A stretch of 64,000 nt of DNA from an uncultured Candidatus Saccharibacteria bacterium (lineage in GTDB: Bacteria > Patescibacteriota > Minisyncoccia > Phycocordibacterales > UBA1550): NCBI GenBank assembly GCA_964642305.1, contig CAZXOE010000004.1:7894-71893 (forward strand). Direction: 5' to 3'. The notes under the pieces are model-generated. The model did not search any database. It was not told the DNA's origin and was given only the letters and a program-made list of their open reading frames with translations. The translations under genes and the position numbers were made by a program. Every line of letters starts with the position of its first letter. Position 1 is the first letter of the stretch. Positions 45,373 through 55,586 of the stretch are shown piece after piece.

Positions 45373-45897
45373 CTACGCTCCCCTCTCAATGAGCTCCATA
45401 AATGCTAGAATTTCGCCTGTGTATGTTGGGACCACCGAGTTGTTGTAGTGATGAAGAATTTCCGTAACAGTCGCGTCTTTATAGTATTGCTCCGTATTCG
45501 GGTTCTTTCCACCAAGGTTCATGCCAACTGTTTCAATTGCAGAATTAAAATCCTTAAACTTAATCTTACACGAACCCCATCCAAATGGGTTGTTGTGACA
45601 AGCAAATTTCCCGCCAGTTGATTCCTTGATCGCAATCGCTGGTAGTAAACGCCAGTCAAGATTATTCTCTTCTGAAACCTTCATGAACTTTGCCCCATAC
45701 CCCTCAAGTGGCATTCCACGCTTTGCATAATAAGCATCAATCTTTTTTGCGCGTTCGTCCGTAACTGACGTATAGAATCCTTGTTTAAGGTTCTTTAATG
45801 AGAAATTAGTATTAAATGTAGCAAGTGGTGAGGCGCTTGTTGCCAAAAATGGCATTAGAACTAGACCACGCATAAATTGTATTGTTTGTTTTTTCAT
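45373..45897 (-). CDS. Secreted glucosaminidase/FlgJ-like (GH73-like) peptidoglycan hydrolase candidate
   Basis: Signal peptide. AIAIKESTGGKF...NNPFGWG resembles the GH73 ..ESGWG..NNLFG motif. Confidence 0.5.
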   Translation of the reverse strand: MKKQTIQFMRGLVLMPFLATSASPLATFNTNFSLKNLKQGFYTSVTDERAKKIDAYYAKRGMPLEGYGAKFMKVSEENNLDWRLLPAIAIKESTGGKFACHNNPFGWGSCKIKFKDFNSAIETVGMNLGGKNPNTEQYYKDATVTEILHHYNNSVVPTYTGEILAFMELIERGA

Positions 45898-46160
45898 ATA
45901 ATGGCGGTGTGTGCTCCGCCAACCAGTGCCTGTCCAGTCTTTAACAAAAATGCACCTAACTAAAGGTGCATTTGAGCCTGACTGAAGATAAATCAAGTGT
46001 ATCATACCCAGCCCAAAAAGTCAAGGATTTTTGTTGAGTTTTGGCATGGTTTTAAGGCTAAAATTTCCAGAATATCCTTATTTTCCAATGGTTTTTATAC
46101 AACAGCCTTTACGCCCTGTCAAACCTGTATTTTCATTACTTTTTCGCTTGACCGCTTAAT

Positions 46161-46631
46161 TTACTCAAACTCAGACACTTCTTTAATATCCATCTCAAGA
46201 ATACTATCCCCTTCTCCAAAAAGAATCTTACCTCGGAATTTTTTCTCTGCAAAAAAGAGTGGCATCCAGTGAGGATCGTCTGGCCACATCTCTGAAAATG
46301 GTATTTCGTCTTGGTGAAACCACTGCGGTAGCATCTCCTCGCTCTCTTTAGGATCGCCAACATGCTCGCGCGCGCGGAAAATGTGAACCTCAAGAACCTC
46401 TGGATTGCCTTGAAACTCAAAATCCATAAGCCCTGCCTTTTCAAGAACAGGAATTTGGAGCCCTGCCTCCTCCCGAAACTCTCTCCGCGCCGCCTCTTCT
46501 ATCGTCTCTCCTTTTTCCACCTTTCCACCAAAGCCATTCCATCTCCCTGCTCCAAATCCACGCTTTTTCATACCTAAAAGCACATGGGTGTCTGTATGCA
46601 ATAGGCACAAGGTTAAAACTTTTTTAGTCAT
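46161..46631 (-). CDS. NUDIX hydrolase (MutT/MTH1-like)
   Basis: Nudix box GFGGKVEKGETIEEAARREFREEAGL. Confidence 0.85.
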   Translation of the reverse strand: MTKKVLTLCLLHTDTHVLLGMKKRGFGAGRWNGFGGKVEKGETIEEAARREFREEAGLQIPVLEKAGLMDFEFQGNPEVLEVHIFRAREHVGDPKESEEMLPQWFHQDEIPFSEMWPDDPHWMPLFFAEKKFRGKILFGEGDSILEMDIKEVSEFE

Positions 46632-46842
46632 TTAAAAATTTAAAACGAGGAGTACTCTTTCCACCAATGATAACATCTTCCACAAACATCTCAAGTGGGC
46701 GCACATATAGCCCCCCATTTTCATATAGAGCCTCATAAACTACCATATCCTCAAGTGTTTCAGAGTGCCTTGCGACCCCAATTACACGGTATTTATTACC
46801 TTTGTAGTGTTCGTAGATACCGAGAGTGATTTTACGCTCCAT
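46624..46842 (-). CDS. DUF1653 family protein
   Basis: YEHYKGNKYRVIGVARHSETLEDMVVYEALY...YVRPLEMF pattern. Confidence 0.7.
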   Translation of the reverse strand: MERKITLGIYEHYKGNKYRVIGVARHSETLEDMVVYEALYENGGLYVRPLEMFVEDVIIGGKSTPRFKFLND

Positions 46843-49294
46843 GGCACTTTTTGTATTTCTTGCCGGAACCGCAAGGACATAGGTCGTTGCGACCAGTCTT
46901 GTCGGAGTGGATTGGTTCTGCTACTTTCGCCTCTTCTTCTCCACCGCCTATTTCAATAGCGTGCTTTACCACCTCGCGCGCTTTTTCTTCTTCTTTTACA
47001 AACGCGCCAGCGCCGATTGCAGGCACAAGTCTTAGGATTTCGTTTTGTACCGACTCCTTCATCTCGCGGAAAAGGCGAAGCCCCTCCTTCTTATATTCAA
47101 CCAGTGGGTCACGCTGTCCGTACGCGCGGAGGTTCACCGACGATTTCAAATATTCCATCGCATCCAAATGCTCCATCCACATCATATCCACGACCTGCAA
47201 AATGAGACGCTTCACTGCGCTGTAAAATTCTACTTCTCCAAGTACAGCGACTTTTTCAGCAATATTTTTCTCAAGAGTAGGATCTCCGGCTACAATTTCA
47301 GAGAGGTATGCTTTTGCTCCATCTGTATTACCCATAAGAACGTCTCGTCGCATTCCGTACACATATTGACGCTGTCTGGTCATCACGTCGTCATACGAGA
47401 GCACATGCTTGCGTGAATCAAAATGAAAACCCTCAATTTTTTCCTGTGCTGTTTCAAGCGAGCGAGAAATCATTTTGTTTTGAATTGCCTCGTCTTCTGG
47501 GATACCGAGCTTGCCCATCATATTTTTTACAACATCAGACGCAAAGACACGCATCAAACTATCCTCCATTGATACAAAAAACTGCGTCTCACCAGGATCG
47601 CCCTGTCGCCCTGCGCGTCCGCGAAGCTGGTTATCTATGCGACGTGCTTCATGACGTTCTGTTCCAAGTACAAAAAGTCCACCTATAGATTTGATTTCCT
47701 CATAAAGTTCAGGCGTCGATGGGTTTCCTCCAAGTTTGATGTCCACTCCGCGACCTGCCATGTTTGTAGCGATAACCACACTTCCCTTGCGACCTGCTTG
47801 CGCGACTATTTCACCTTCACGTTCGTGATTTTTCGCGTTCAAAACCTCGTGTGGCACACCCTCCTTTTTTAAATATTCTGAAAGGAGCTCGTTTTTTTCA
47901 ATGGATACAGTGCCAATAAGCACGGGTTGACCCTTTTCGTTGAGCTCTTTTACTTTGCGAGCAATGGCTTTAAATTTGCCATTTTCGGTTTGAAAAATAA
48001 GGTCGGTACGGTCTATGCGAGAAACTTTTCGGTTGGTAGGGATTGGCGTTACCTCCAAGCCATACACCTTATAGAACTCCTCGCTTGAAGTTTCTGCTGT
48101 ACCTGTCATTCCAGCAAGCTTTCCGTAAAGGCGGAAGTAGTTCTGAAATGTAATTGACGCAAAAGTGCGAGACTCCTGCTGTATTTTTACGCCTTCTTTT
48201 GCCTCCACTGCTTGATGAAGACCCTCCGACCAACGACGCCCTGGTTGCATACGACCTGTGAACTCATCCACGATGATCACCTCGCCATCACGCACGACAT
48301 ACTCCTTGTCACGCATAAAAATAGCCTGCGCGCGCACTGCTGTTTCCAAATGATGCACATACTTTACTCCTCTCTCTGTATAAATATTATCAACACCCAA
48401 AAGCTCCTCCGCGCGGTTGATACCCTCATCGGTGAGCTGAATAGCTTTTAGTTTTTCATCTACTGTGTAGTGCTCTGGTGATTTAAGTTTCGAAGCAATG
48501 CCCGCAAAAACAGTGTACAGATTCTCCGCGTCCCCTGATGGCGCGGAAATAATTAGCGGGGTTCGCGCTTCGTCTATCAAAATAGAGTCTATCTCGTCCA
48601 CTATTGCAAAATGGTAATCGCGCTGAGCGAGATCTTCTGGACGATACGCTACATTGTCACGCAAATAATCAAAACCATATTCATTGTTTGTTCCGTATGT
48701 AATATCCGCGCGATACGCTTCTTGTTTCCCGCATGGACGCATAAATTCGTGAATAACCTTGAATGAACCTAATTCATCGCGTGTAGTGTCCAAGTCTTGA
48801 TGATTTGGGTCATAGAGGTATGATGCGCTGTGATTGAGAACTCCAACAGAAAGACCTAGAAAAGAATAAATTTGTCCCATCCATGTCGCATCGCGACGAG
48901 AGAGGTAGTCGTTCACCGTGACAACGTGTACGCCTTTGGAACTCAAGGCGTTTAGATACGCCGGAAGTGTGGCAACAAGAGTTTTTCCTTCTCCGGTCAT
49001 CATCTCAGCAATTTTGCCCTGATGAAGAGCGATACCTCCCAAAAGCTGCACATCGTAGTGTCTTTGACCTAGAGTTCGGCGAGAAGCCTCTCTCACCACA
49101 GCGAAAGCTTCTGGCAAAATATCGTCCAATGAAACGCCAGAGGACAAGCGAGAGCGAAATTCCACAGTTTTTGCGCGAAGTTCTTCGTCAGAGAGGGCCA
49201 TTGTTGCAGGCTCAAATTCGTTGATTTTCTTTACGAGTGGCGCGTATTTTCCAGCTACCCCGCTTCCAGCAAAAATGTTTTTCAGAAATGACAT
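46832..49294 (-). CDS. secA: Preprotein translocase ATPase SecA
   Basis: DEAD-like motor domains and a C-terminal zinc finger CPCGSGKKYKKCHG. 820 aa. Confidence 0.95.
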   Translation of the reverse strand: MSFLKNIFAGSGVAGKYAPLVKKINEFEPATMALSDEELRAKTVEFRSRLSSGVSLDDILPEAFAVVREASRRTLGQRHYDVQLLGGIALHQGKIAEMMTGEGKTLVATLPAYLNALSSKGVHVVTVNDYLSRRDATWMGQIYSFLGLSVGVLNHSASYLYDPNHQDLDTTRDELGSFKVIHEFMRPCGKQEAYRADITYGTNNEYGFDYLRDNVAYRPEDLAQRDYHFAIVDEIDSILIDEARTPLIISAPSGDAENLYTVFAGIASKLKSPEHYTVDEKLKAIQLTDEGINRAEELLGVDNIYTERGVKYVHHLETAVRAQAIFMRDKEYVVRDGEVIIVDEFTGRMQPGRRWSEGLHQAVEAKEGVKIQQESRTFASITFQNYFRLYGKLAGMTGTAETSSEEFYKVYGLEVTPIPTNRKVSRIDRTDLIFQTENGKFKAIARKVKELNEKGQPVLIGTVSIEKNELLSEYLKKEGVPHEVLNAKNHEREGEIVAQAGRKGSVVIATNMAGRGVDIKLGGNPSTPELYEEIKSIGGLFVLGTERHEARRIDNQLRGRAGRQGDPGETQFFVSMEDSLMRVFASDVVKNMMGKLGIPEDEAIQNKMISRSLETAQEKIEGFHFDSRKHVLSYDDVMTRQRQYVYGMRRDVLMGNTDGAKAYLSEIVAGDPTLEKNIAEKVAVLGEVEFYSAVKRLILQVVDMMWMEHLDAMEYLKSSVNLRAYGQRDPLVEYKKEGLRLFREMKESVQNEILRLVPAIGAGAFVKEEEKAREVVKHAIEIGGGEEEAKVAEPIHSDKTGRNDLCPCGSGKKYKKCHGA

Positions 49295-49368
49295 TTATAT
49301 ACTCTAGCACAAAAACCACCTCTACTAAAGAGGCCACCCTCTGGGCGCCCAGAGGGTGGCCTAAAAAC

Positions 49369-49394
49369 AAAAATCCCTCGCGTGAGGGATTTTT
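49369..49394 (-). terminator. Intrinsic terminator downstream of a tiny Lys-rich ORF
   Basis: aaatccctc-gcgt-gagggattt followed by a T-run on the minus strand. Confidence 0.6.
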
Positions 49395-49406
49395 GTGAAA
49401 GGTAAT

Positions 49407-49481
49407 TTACTTACGCTTTGCAGTCTTCTTCTTTGCTACCTTCTTCTTTGCTACTTTCTTAGCCTTTTTCTTTGCTGCCAT
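49407..49481 (-). CDS. Tiny Lys/Ala-rich basic ORF (MAAKKKAKKVAKKKVAKKKTAKRK), candidate only
   Basis: 24 codons with ATG start, TAA stop and its own terminator. Missed by the track's 60-aa cut-off. Confidence 0.3.
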   Translation of the reverse strand: MAAKKKAKKVAKKKVAKKKTAKRK

Positions 49482-49766
49482 TTTTTTATGTGCTGTTTCA
49501 AAATCTACTTAGTAAATCTTAAAACAATGTATGCAAATTATTCTACAGCAATGTTCGACCTGATAAGAAAATTAATTTTTTTATCACGTACAATTGCTGG
49601 ATCATCTTTGTGTAAAATTTCTTTCACACGCTGTACAGTGATCTACTAATATTATCTCGCATAAAAAAAACATTCGCAAGAGATTTTGAAATTTAACTGT
49701 GGATAACTTTTTTTTCTTTTTTACAAAGTAAAATTATTTTTTTATTTATTTTTAAGAAATTTATTT

Positions 49767-50771
49767 TTATATCATCACAACTTCTTCTTCAAGCGTCACT
49801 CCTGTTTTTTCTTTTATGTCGTTCTTAATATTGTCAGAGAGTTTAAATATTTCATCAGCAGTTGCATTGCCGTAGTTTACTAAAATGAGTGCCTGCTTTT
49901 CATGTACTCCAGCGTCACCTTGGCGTATTCCTCGCCACTTTCCTGCGTGGTCAATGAGCCACGCCGCAGAGAGCTTCACATTTCCATCCCCTTGCGGATA
50001 CGCCTTAATTTCTGGAAACTTTATTTTCAATACCTCATACTGCTCCGCGGAAACAACTGGGTTCTTAAAAAATGATCCTGCCGTACCAAGAGGAGGAGCT
50101 GGCATCTTTTCTGTGCGAATAGCGATAATCGCTCTACGAATATCCTCTAGCAGTGGCGCATTAATCCCATTCTCATCAAAATATTTTTTTACATCCTCGT
50201 AGTTAGTACGTGGAGTAATATTTTTCTCTAGCAAAAAAGTTGCTCGGATTAAAATAAGGTTTTTGTTTTTTTTAAAAATACTTTCGCGATAGCCAAACTC
50301 GCATTCATCACGAGTAAAAATTTTAATTTTCATTTTTTCCATATCAAACGCTTCCACAGAAAAAATTGTCTCACTCGCTTCCACTCCATACGCGCCGATA
50401 TTTTGCGCGACAGCTCCGCCTACTGTTCCAGGAACGAGTGACAGATTTTCTACTCCCCACAAATCGCGCGAAACAATATTTTGCACGACATCATCCCATA
50501 TCTCCCCCGCGCTTGCAGTAACATGGTTGCCGTCGTATGCGATTCCTTTAATTTCAATTTTTATTACAAGTCCTAAAAATCCATTTTCAGAAACAAGAGT
50601 GTTTGAACCGCCACCAAGAATAAATATCGGCAGTGATTTTTCACGAGCAAACAATATCGCTTCTGAAAGTTCGTCAGTGTTTTTAACGCGCACAAAAAAA
50701 CGCGCGTTGCCTCCGACACGCATGGTTGTCAGCGAGGCGAGTGGTACTTGTTCCTCAATAGCTATTCTCAT
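49767..50771 (-). CDS. murB: UDP-N-acetylenolpyruvoylglucosamine reductase
   Basis: FAD-binding ...RVGGNARFF...ILGGGSNTL... and MurB C-domain. Start taken at MRIAIEE; the ORF extends to 50978. Confidence 0.85.
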   Translation of the reverse strand: MRIAIEEQVPLASLTTMRVGGNARFFVRVKNTDELSEAILFAREKSLPIFILGGGSNTLVSENGFLGLVIKIEIKGIAYDGNHVTASAGEIWDDVVQNIVSRDLWGVENLSLVPGTVGGAVAQNIGAYGVEASETIFSVEAFDMEKMKIKIFTRDECEFGYRESIFKKNKNLILIRATFLLEKNITPRTNYEDVKKYFDENGINAPLLEDIRRAIIAIRTEKMPAPPLGTAGSFFKNPVVSAEQYEVLKIKFPEIKAYPQGDGNVKLSAAWLIDHAGKWRGIRQGDAGVHEKQALILVNYGNATADEIFKLSDNIKNDIKEKTGVTLEEEVVMI

Positions 50772-50786
50772 AATATATTTGCTTCT

Positions 50787-50839
50787 GAAACCACCACACC
50801 CGACCTTAAGAATTAAAAAAGGTCGGGTGTGGTGGTTTC
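50787..50839. repeat. 19-bp perfect-stem hairpin 16 nt upstream of the murB start codon
   Basis: gaaaccaccacacccgacc-(15 nt)-ggtcgggtgtggtggtttc. Confidence 0.85.
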
Positions 50840-51122
50840 TTTCTCCTGTACTCTTTTGGCCAGCGAGTGCGAACTCCAACAAATGTCTAATATGTGAGTG
50901 CTTCGCTGGCCAAAGGAAAACAGGAACTACCTGTATAGTATATAACATAATACAATATAATCTGCATTCGCTCGGCAATTAAAACTTGCTAGTTTTCATT
51001 TCTCTCACTCACTTGATTATAAAAGATTTTCAATTAAATACCACCCGCCAAAATTTCGAATTAGTAAACTCGTGGCTTTGCCATAAACTCTTATTTAGAA
51101 AACTTAAGCGGGTAAGAACAAA

Positions 51123-51150
51123 AAACCCCGCTTTCGCGGGGCTTTTTGTA
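51123..51150 (-). terminator. Intrinsic terminator of the O-antigen-ligase-like gene
   Basis: aaaaccccgc-tttc-gcggggtttt followed by a T-run on the minus strand. Confidence 0.8.
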
Positions 51151-51236
51151 GACTTTCGTTGGATGAATCGCATGAGAGTTTCCTCCCACGCACTCACATA
51201 CAACAAGTATAGCAGATTTGAGAATAATGTCAAGGA

Positions 51237-53237
51237 TTAGAGACTCACGCCCTCTATTGGGTAGTCTTTTAAAATCTTTTCTGCTTCTTTACGTTTGCCG
51301 TTTGTCATCAAGATCTGCAAATAATACTTCTCTGCAGTGACAAACTCTGGCGCGAGTTCAAATGCTCGCTTGAACAGTTCCTCAGCTTTTACTGTGTCCT
51401 TCTTCGTATAGTACGCGCTTGCGAGCTCAAAGATAATAGTTTGCTTTGTTGGAGAAAGTTCCACAGCTTTTTCCAAATACGCAATGCCCTTGTCTATGTC
51501 TCCAGTTTTCGCATGATACGAACCTGCAAAGAGTTGGTAGCGAGCATCGCTTGGAAGCTCCTCGGACTGCTTTATAAGCTCACTTTTCGCAAGATCAATA
51601 AACTTCTTTTGCATCTCTGATATTCCCTTTGATGAATCAAAAGCATTTGTTGAAAATGATGCAAGTTGTTCACGAGCCTCGGCTGTTCCAAGCGAATTAT
51701 AGGCAATGGTTTTTTTCATTAGATCAAGATTGTGAACAGCGCCTTTATCTGAACGTTCGGATAGAGCTCGAATGAGAGTCGTATTCTGCATATAGCTGTT
51801 GTAGTTCACAGCGTAGATGAGTACTACAGCAAGCACAACTGCGCCTCCTGAGACAAAAATTGTTAGATCCTCGCCTCCTACATTCTTCTTTGGTACTTTT
51901 AGCTTTGTATCTGCATTCTTGTCAGTTGTCCGCGTAGCGGTGTCAGTTGTCAGTTGTCCCGAACTCATGCTTTCTATGTAAGCAAGTATTGTTCCAAAAT
52001 AAATAAGCGACGAAATACTATCAAACACAAATAGGTTCTGGAAAAAATACCCGCCTAATAGCCCCGTTAGTACGCTTTTCTCTAGGACTGTCAGCTCGTC
52101 CGCGCGACGCCATATACAGTACACAGCGCATACAAAGAGCGACACATAACCAATAGCTCCCAGAATACCCCCTGCTACCAGCCAATCAAGAAAAACGTTG
52201 TGCGCTCTATCAAACCACTGCTCCTGTCCCCACATATTTGGATCATAGTATTTGTTAAAGACAAAGTTAAAGTTCTCTATTCCCCATCCTAGAATTGGTC
52301 GCTCCTTGAACCCCTCTATTGCCATCCCCCATACCATCAAGCGAGCCTTTCCTGTGCCCTCGCTTGGAGAAATAGCAGCGAGGCGAGAAAGAACTGGACT
52401 CTCTTGTATAAATGACGCATCGCGGATGGCGATAAACCCACCGACAACAATAAATATCGCGAGCAAAAGCCCAATCGCTCCATTTCGCACTGCTTTGTTA
52501 CTTCTCTCAAAAATAGCGACGAGTAATGTAACGAGTCCAAGCCCTGCGATAAATCCGAGCATCGCGCCACGTGTGCCAGAATGGTAAAGCACGAATGTCT
52601 GCAGTACAATAATAAGACTATATGTCGTTATTAGCGCGCTACCAAAGTTTGTTTTAATATTTTCACGGGCTAATAGAAATATCGCTAGAAAAATATTGAT
52701 GAGCGCGTATGTACTCATATATTCCGCATTACCTAGAGTTCCGTTGATACGAATGCCGTCTTGTACAACCTTGAGCACTCCAGCCCATTGCATCACACCA
52801 TAGAGTGCCATAATTACACCGACACCAAGGTGGAAGTTTAAATATGGACGCCATAGGTCACGCACCGAAAGCACAGTAGATGCAACAATAAAATATGCAA
52901 AGAGGTGGAAGTATGTGACGAGCCCCTCCATTCGCTCAAAGTTGGACCAGAAACTCTTTGTTGGATTTTCTCCCAAAATTCCAGAGAGTGTGATGACCGC
53001 CAAAAACGCCACGAACGCGCCGATAATCCAGCTTTTCTTCGGGCGATACGCAGGATCAATAAACGCGAGAACAATCCACGCGGAGAACATTATTTCAACA
53101 ATAATGCGGAACGCGAAGTTTTTCCCCACAATAAAAGGAAAGAACGTAGACTGCGAAAGAATGACGAACGGAATAAACGGAACCAATATAAATCCCGTCA
53201 AAACAACCGCATTCGCCAAAATTTTGTGTATGTTCAT
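51237..53237 (-). CDS. O-antigen ligase (Wzy_C)-like polytopic membrane protein with C-terminal TPR repeats
   Basis: About 12 TM with a Wzy_C-type loop, then TPR-like repeats (...AYYTKKDTVKAEELFKRAFEL...). Confidence 0.7.
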   Translation of the reverse strand: MNIHKILANAVVLTGFILVPFIPFVILSQSTFFPFIVGKNFAFRIIVEIMFSAWIVLAFIDPAYRPKKSWIIGAFVAFLAVITLSGILGENPTKSFWSNFERMEGLVTYFHLFAYFIVASTVLSVRDLWRPYLNFHLGVGVIMALYGVMQWAGVLKVVQDGIRINGTLGNAEYMSTYALINIFLAIFLLARENIKTNFGSALITTYSLIIVLQTFVLYHSGTRGAMLGFIAGLGLVTLLVAIFERSNKAVRNGAIGLLLAIFIVVGGFIAIRDASFIQESPVLSRLAAISPSEGTGKARLMVWGMAIEGFKERPILGWGIENFNFVFNKYYDPNMWGQEQWFDRAHNVFLDWLVAGGILGAIGYVSLFVCAVYCIWRRADELTVLEKSVLTGLLGGYFFQNLFVFDSISSLIYFGTILAYIESMSSGQLTTDTATRTTDKNADTKLKVPKKNVGGEDLTIFVSGGAVVLAVVLIYAVNYNSYMQNTTLIRALSERSDKGAVHNLDLMKKTIAYNSLGTAEAREQLASFSTNAFDSSKGISEMQKKFIDLAKSELIKQSEELPSDARYQLFAGSYHAKTGDIDKGIAYLEKAVELSPTKQTIIFELASAYYTKKDTVKAEELFKRAFELAPEFVTAEKYYLQILMTNGKRKEAEKILKDYPIEGVSL

Positions 53238-53303
53238 AGTGCCACTATCGTACCATAGTTAATAAAACTCATCAAAATAGAGCGTAACAAAGGGTTCTTA
53301 TTA

Positions 53304-53987
53304 CTACTTATCCACACCGCCTTCCTCGTGCCTCTTTAAAAGCCACGAACTAGACTGTACTTTCCCACCACCAACATTAAACACCATCTCCACGCCAAGT
53401 TCTTTGCATATTTTTGCCTCAGGGATATCTGTTTCTGCTTTGCGGTCGCCACCATTCGCAAAAACCTGTGGTCGAATTTTCTCAATAGCCTCTCCAACAT
53501 CATCGCGGTATGTCTCAAGAATAAACACATCGTCAACACAACTAAATCCGCGAATAATTCCAGCGCGTTCCTCCTGGTTCATAAAGTTTTTTCCTTTCTT
53601 GCGGATGAGCCACTTGTCGCAATTTAGCACTACAACTAATTTGTCGCCGAGTTTCTTAGCCTCCTCAAACATTTGCAAGTGGCCAATATGAACAGGGTCA
53701 AACCCGCCACTCACCATAACCACCCGCTTTACAGTTTCGCGCCCATAATCATCTTCGTATCGGATAATGTCATCCTCGCGCGGGTTACCACGCACAAATT
53801 CAAAATACAAACCAGGAAGCAACCTGTGTTTTTGCATCGGTTCTACTTTATAAAAACCAAAATGCCATTCGGTGCGCTGACTATGTGACTGAAGACTGGT
53901 CCGCCCGCGTACCATAATAAATTTAAGCCATGTGTGTTTTGTGCTAAAAATTTTCCACATTGCCCCCCACGGCCGTACAATTTTCAT
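53304..53987 (-). CDS. HxGH-motif nucleotidyltransferase (cytidylyl/adenylyltransferase family) with N-terminal cupin-like fragment
   Basis: VMVSGGFDPVHIGHLQMF (HIGH) plus the C-terminal RfaE-II/TagD-like region. The N-terminal KIVRPWG...SLQSH..R.E.W resembles a partial cupin motif. Confidence 0.6.
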   Translation of the reverse strand: MKIVRPWGAMWKIFSTKHTWLKFIMVRGRTSLQSHSQRTEWHFGFYKVEPMQKHRLLPGLYFEFVRGNPREDDIIRYEDDYGRETVKRVVMVSGGFDPVHIGHLQMFEEAKKLGDKLVVVLNCDKWLIRKKGKNFMNQEERAGIIRGFSCVDDVFILETYRDDVGEAIEKIRPQVFANGGDRKAETDIPEAKICKELGVEMVFNVGGGKVQSSSWLLKRHEEGGVDK

Positions 53988-54059
53988 AAAAAATACTGTA
54001 ACATATTAAAGAAATACAAACTACACAATGTAAATAAAATAGTATAATATACACATATT

Positions 54060-55100
54060 ATGAAAAAAGCACTCATTACCGGCATCACCGGACAAGACGG
54101 ATCATATCTCGCAGAGCTTCTACTAGAGAAAGGGTACGAAGTTCATGGCATTATTAGACGCGCAAGCACATTTAACACATCACGAATAGACCATCTCTAT
54201 CAAGACCCACATATCAATGGCGTAAGATTATTTCTGCATTATGGCGACCTCTCTGATGGAAGCAACATTAGCAGACTTCTCGCGCAAATAAAACCGGATG
54301 AAATTTATCATCTTGGCGCGCAGAGTCACGTGCGTGTCAGCTTCGACATACCGGAATACACTGCAGATATTACAGGTCTCGGAACAGTCCGCATTCTTGA
54401 AGCCATACGAGATACTGGAATCAAAACAAAATTCTACCAAGCTTCATCAAGCGAGATGTTTGGAAAAGCGCTTGAAATTCCGCTTAAAGAAACGACTCCT
54501 TTTTACCCACGCTCCCCTTATGGTTGCGCAAAAGTATATGCATATTGGATAACAAAAAATTACCGAGAGGCATACGGAATGTTTGCGTCAAACGGCATTC
54601 TATTTAACCATGAGTCTCCTCGCCGCGGAGAAACATTTGTGACAAAAAAAATCACCCGCGGGCTTGCGCGCATCAAACTTGGAAAGGAAGAGAGGCTTTA
54701 CTTGGGCAACCTCGACGCAAAAAGGGATTGGGGGTACGCAAAAGATTATGTTTACGGCATGTGGCTAATGCTTCAACATACAGAACCTGACGATTTCATC
54801 CTCGCCACAAACGAAACTCACAGTGTCCGCGAATTCATCGAAGAAACATGCAGGAATATAGGTTTTGACCTTGAATGGAGCGGTGCAGGAGTAGACGAAA
54901 AAGGTATCGATAAGAAAACAGGAAGAACTATTATCGAAATAGACCCGAAGTACTTTAGGCCCGCAGAAGTTGACATCCTTCTAGGCGACTATTCAAAAGC
55001 AAAAAATAAGCTAGGTTGGGAGCCAGAAACAAAATTTAAGGACTTGATAAAGCTTATGGCTGAAGAAGATCTTAAAGAAGAAAGCAACAAAAAAGATTAG
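54060..55100 (+). CDS. gmd: GDP-mannose 4,6-dehydratase
   Basis: [34 protein letters not shown]..., canonical GMD. Confidence 0.95.
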   Translation: MKKALITGITGQDGSYLAELLLEKGYEVHGIIRRASTFNTSRIDHLYQDPHINGVRLFLHYGDLSDGSNISRLLAQIKPDEIYHLGAQSHVRVSFDIPEYTADITGLGTVRILEAIRDTGIKTKFYQASSSEMFGKALEIPLKETTPFYPRSPYGCAKVYAYWITKNYREAYGMFASNGILFNHESPRRGETFVTKKITRGLARIKLGKEERLYLGNLDAKRDWGYAKDYVYGMWLMLQHTEPDDFILATNETHSVREFIEETCRNIGFDLEWSGAGVDEKGIDKKTGRTIIEIDPKYFRPAEVDILLGDYSKAKNKLGWEPETKFKDLIKLMAEEDLKEESNKKD

Positions 55101-55115
55101 ACTAAAACCCCAGCT

Positions 55116-55586
55116 ATGCAAAATTTTCTTCCTATTGAAAAATACAGAGAGATTCTCGACATCACTCCAGTTTGTTGTGTTGATGTATTATTCTTCAATA
55201 ATGATAAAACAAAGACTCTTCTGTTTAAGAGAAACAATGAGCCACTGAAGGATTCTTACTTTTCTGCTGGTGGGCGACTCCTTAAAAATGAAAAATTTGA
55301 GGATTGCGCAATTCGACAGGCATTTAGAGAGGTTGGTATTAATATAAAAAGGGACAAGCTCACATTTGGTGGAGTTTTGGAAGAATTTCATACTAATTCT
55401 GTGTTTGAAGATATTTCCTACCATGCAGTTGTTATTTATTATGGCTATATATTTAATGATGAAGACATAAAGCTTGATAACCAGCACAGCGACCTCAAAT
55501 GGTTTTCTGTGTCTGATGACTCAATCAATCCATTCATTAAATCAAGAATTACAAGTTTATTAAAAACATATGGACAAAAACTCTAA
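55116..55586 (+). CDS. NUDIX-like hydrolase (GDP-mannose mannosyl hydrolase-like)
   Basis: Degenerate Nudix box [25 protein letters not shown]. Lies between gmd and fcl, as gmm does in E. coli. Confidence 0.55.
   Translation: MQNFLPIEKYREILDITPVCCVDVLFFNNDKTKTLLFKRNNEPLKDSYFSAGGRLLKNEKFEDCAIRQAFREVGINIKRDKLTFGGVLEEFHTNSVFEDISYHAVVIYYGYIFNDEDIKLDNQHSDLKWFSVSDDSINPFIKSRITSLLKTYGQKL

Noticed and set aside
49650-49770. AT-rich spacer with a DnaA box as a possible replication origin
   Set aside because: Only a single DnaA box, no dnaA/dnaN nearby and no box cluster. It is treated as a possible regulatory site instead.
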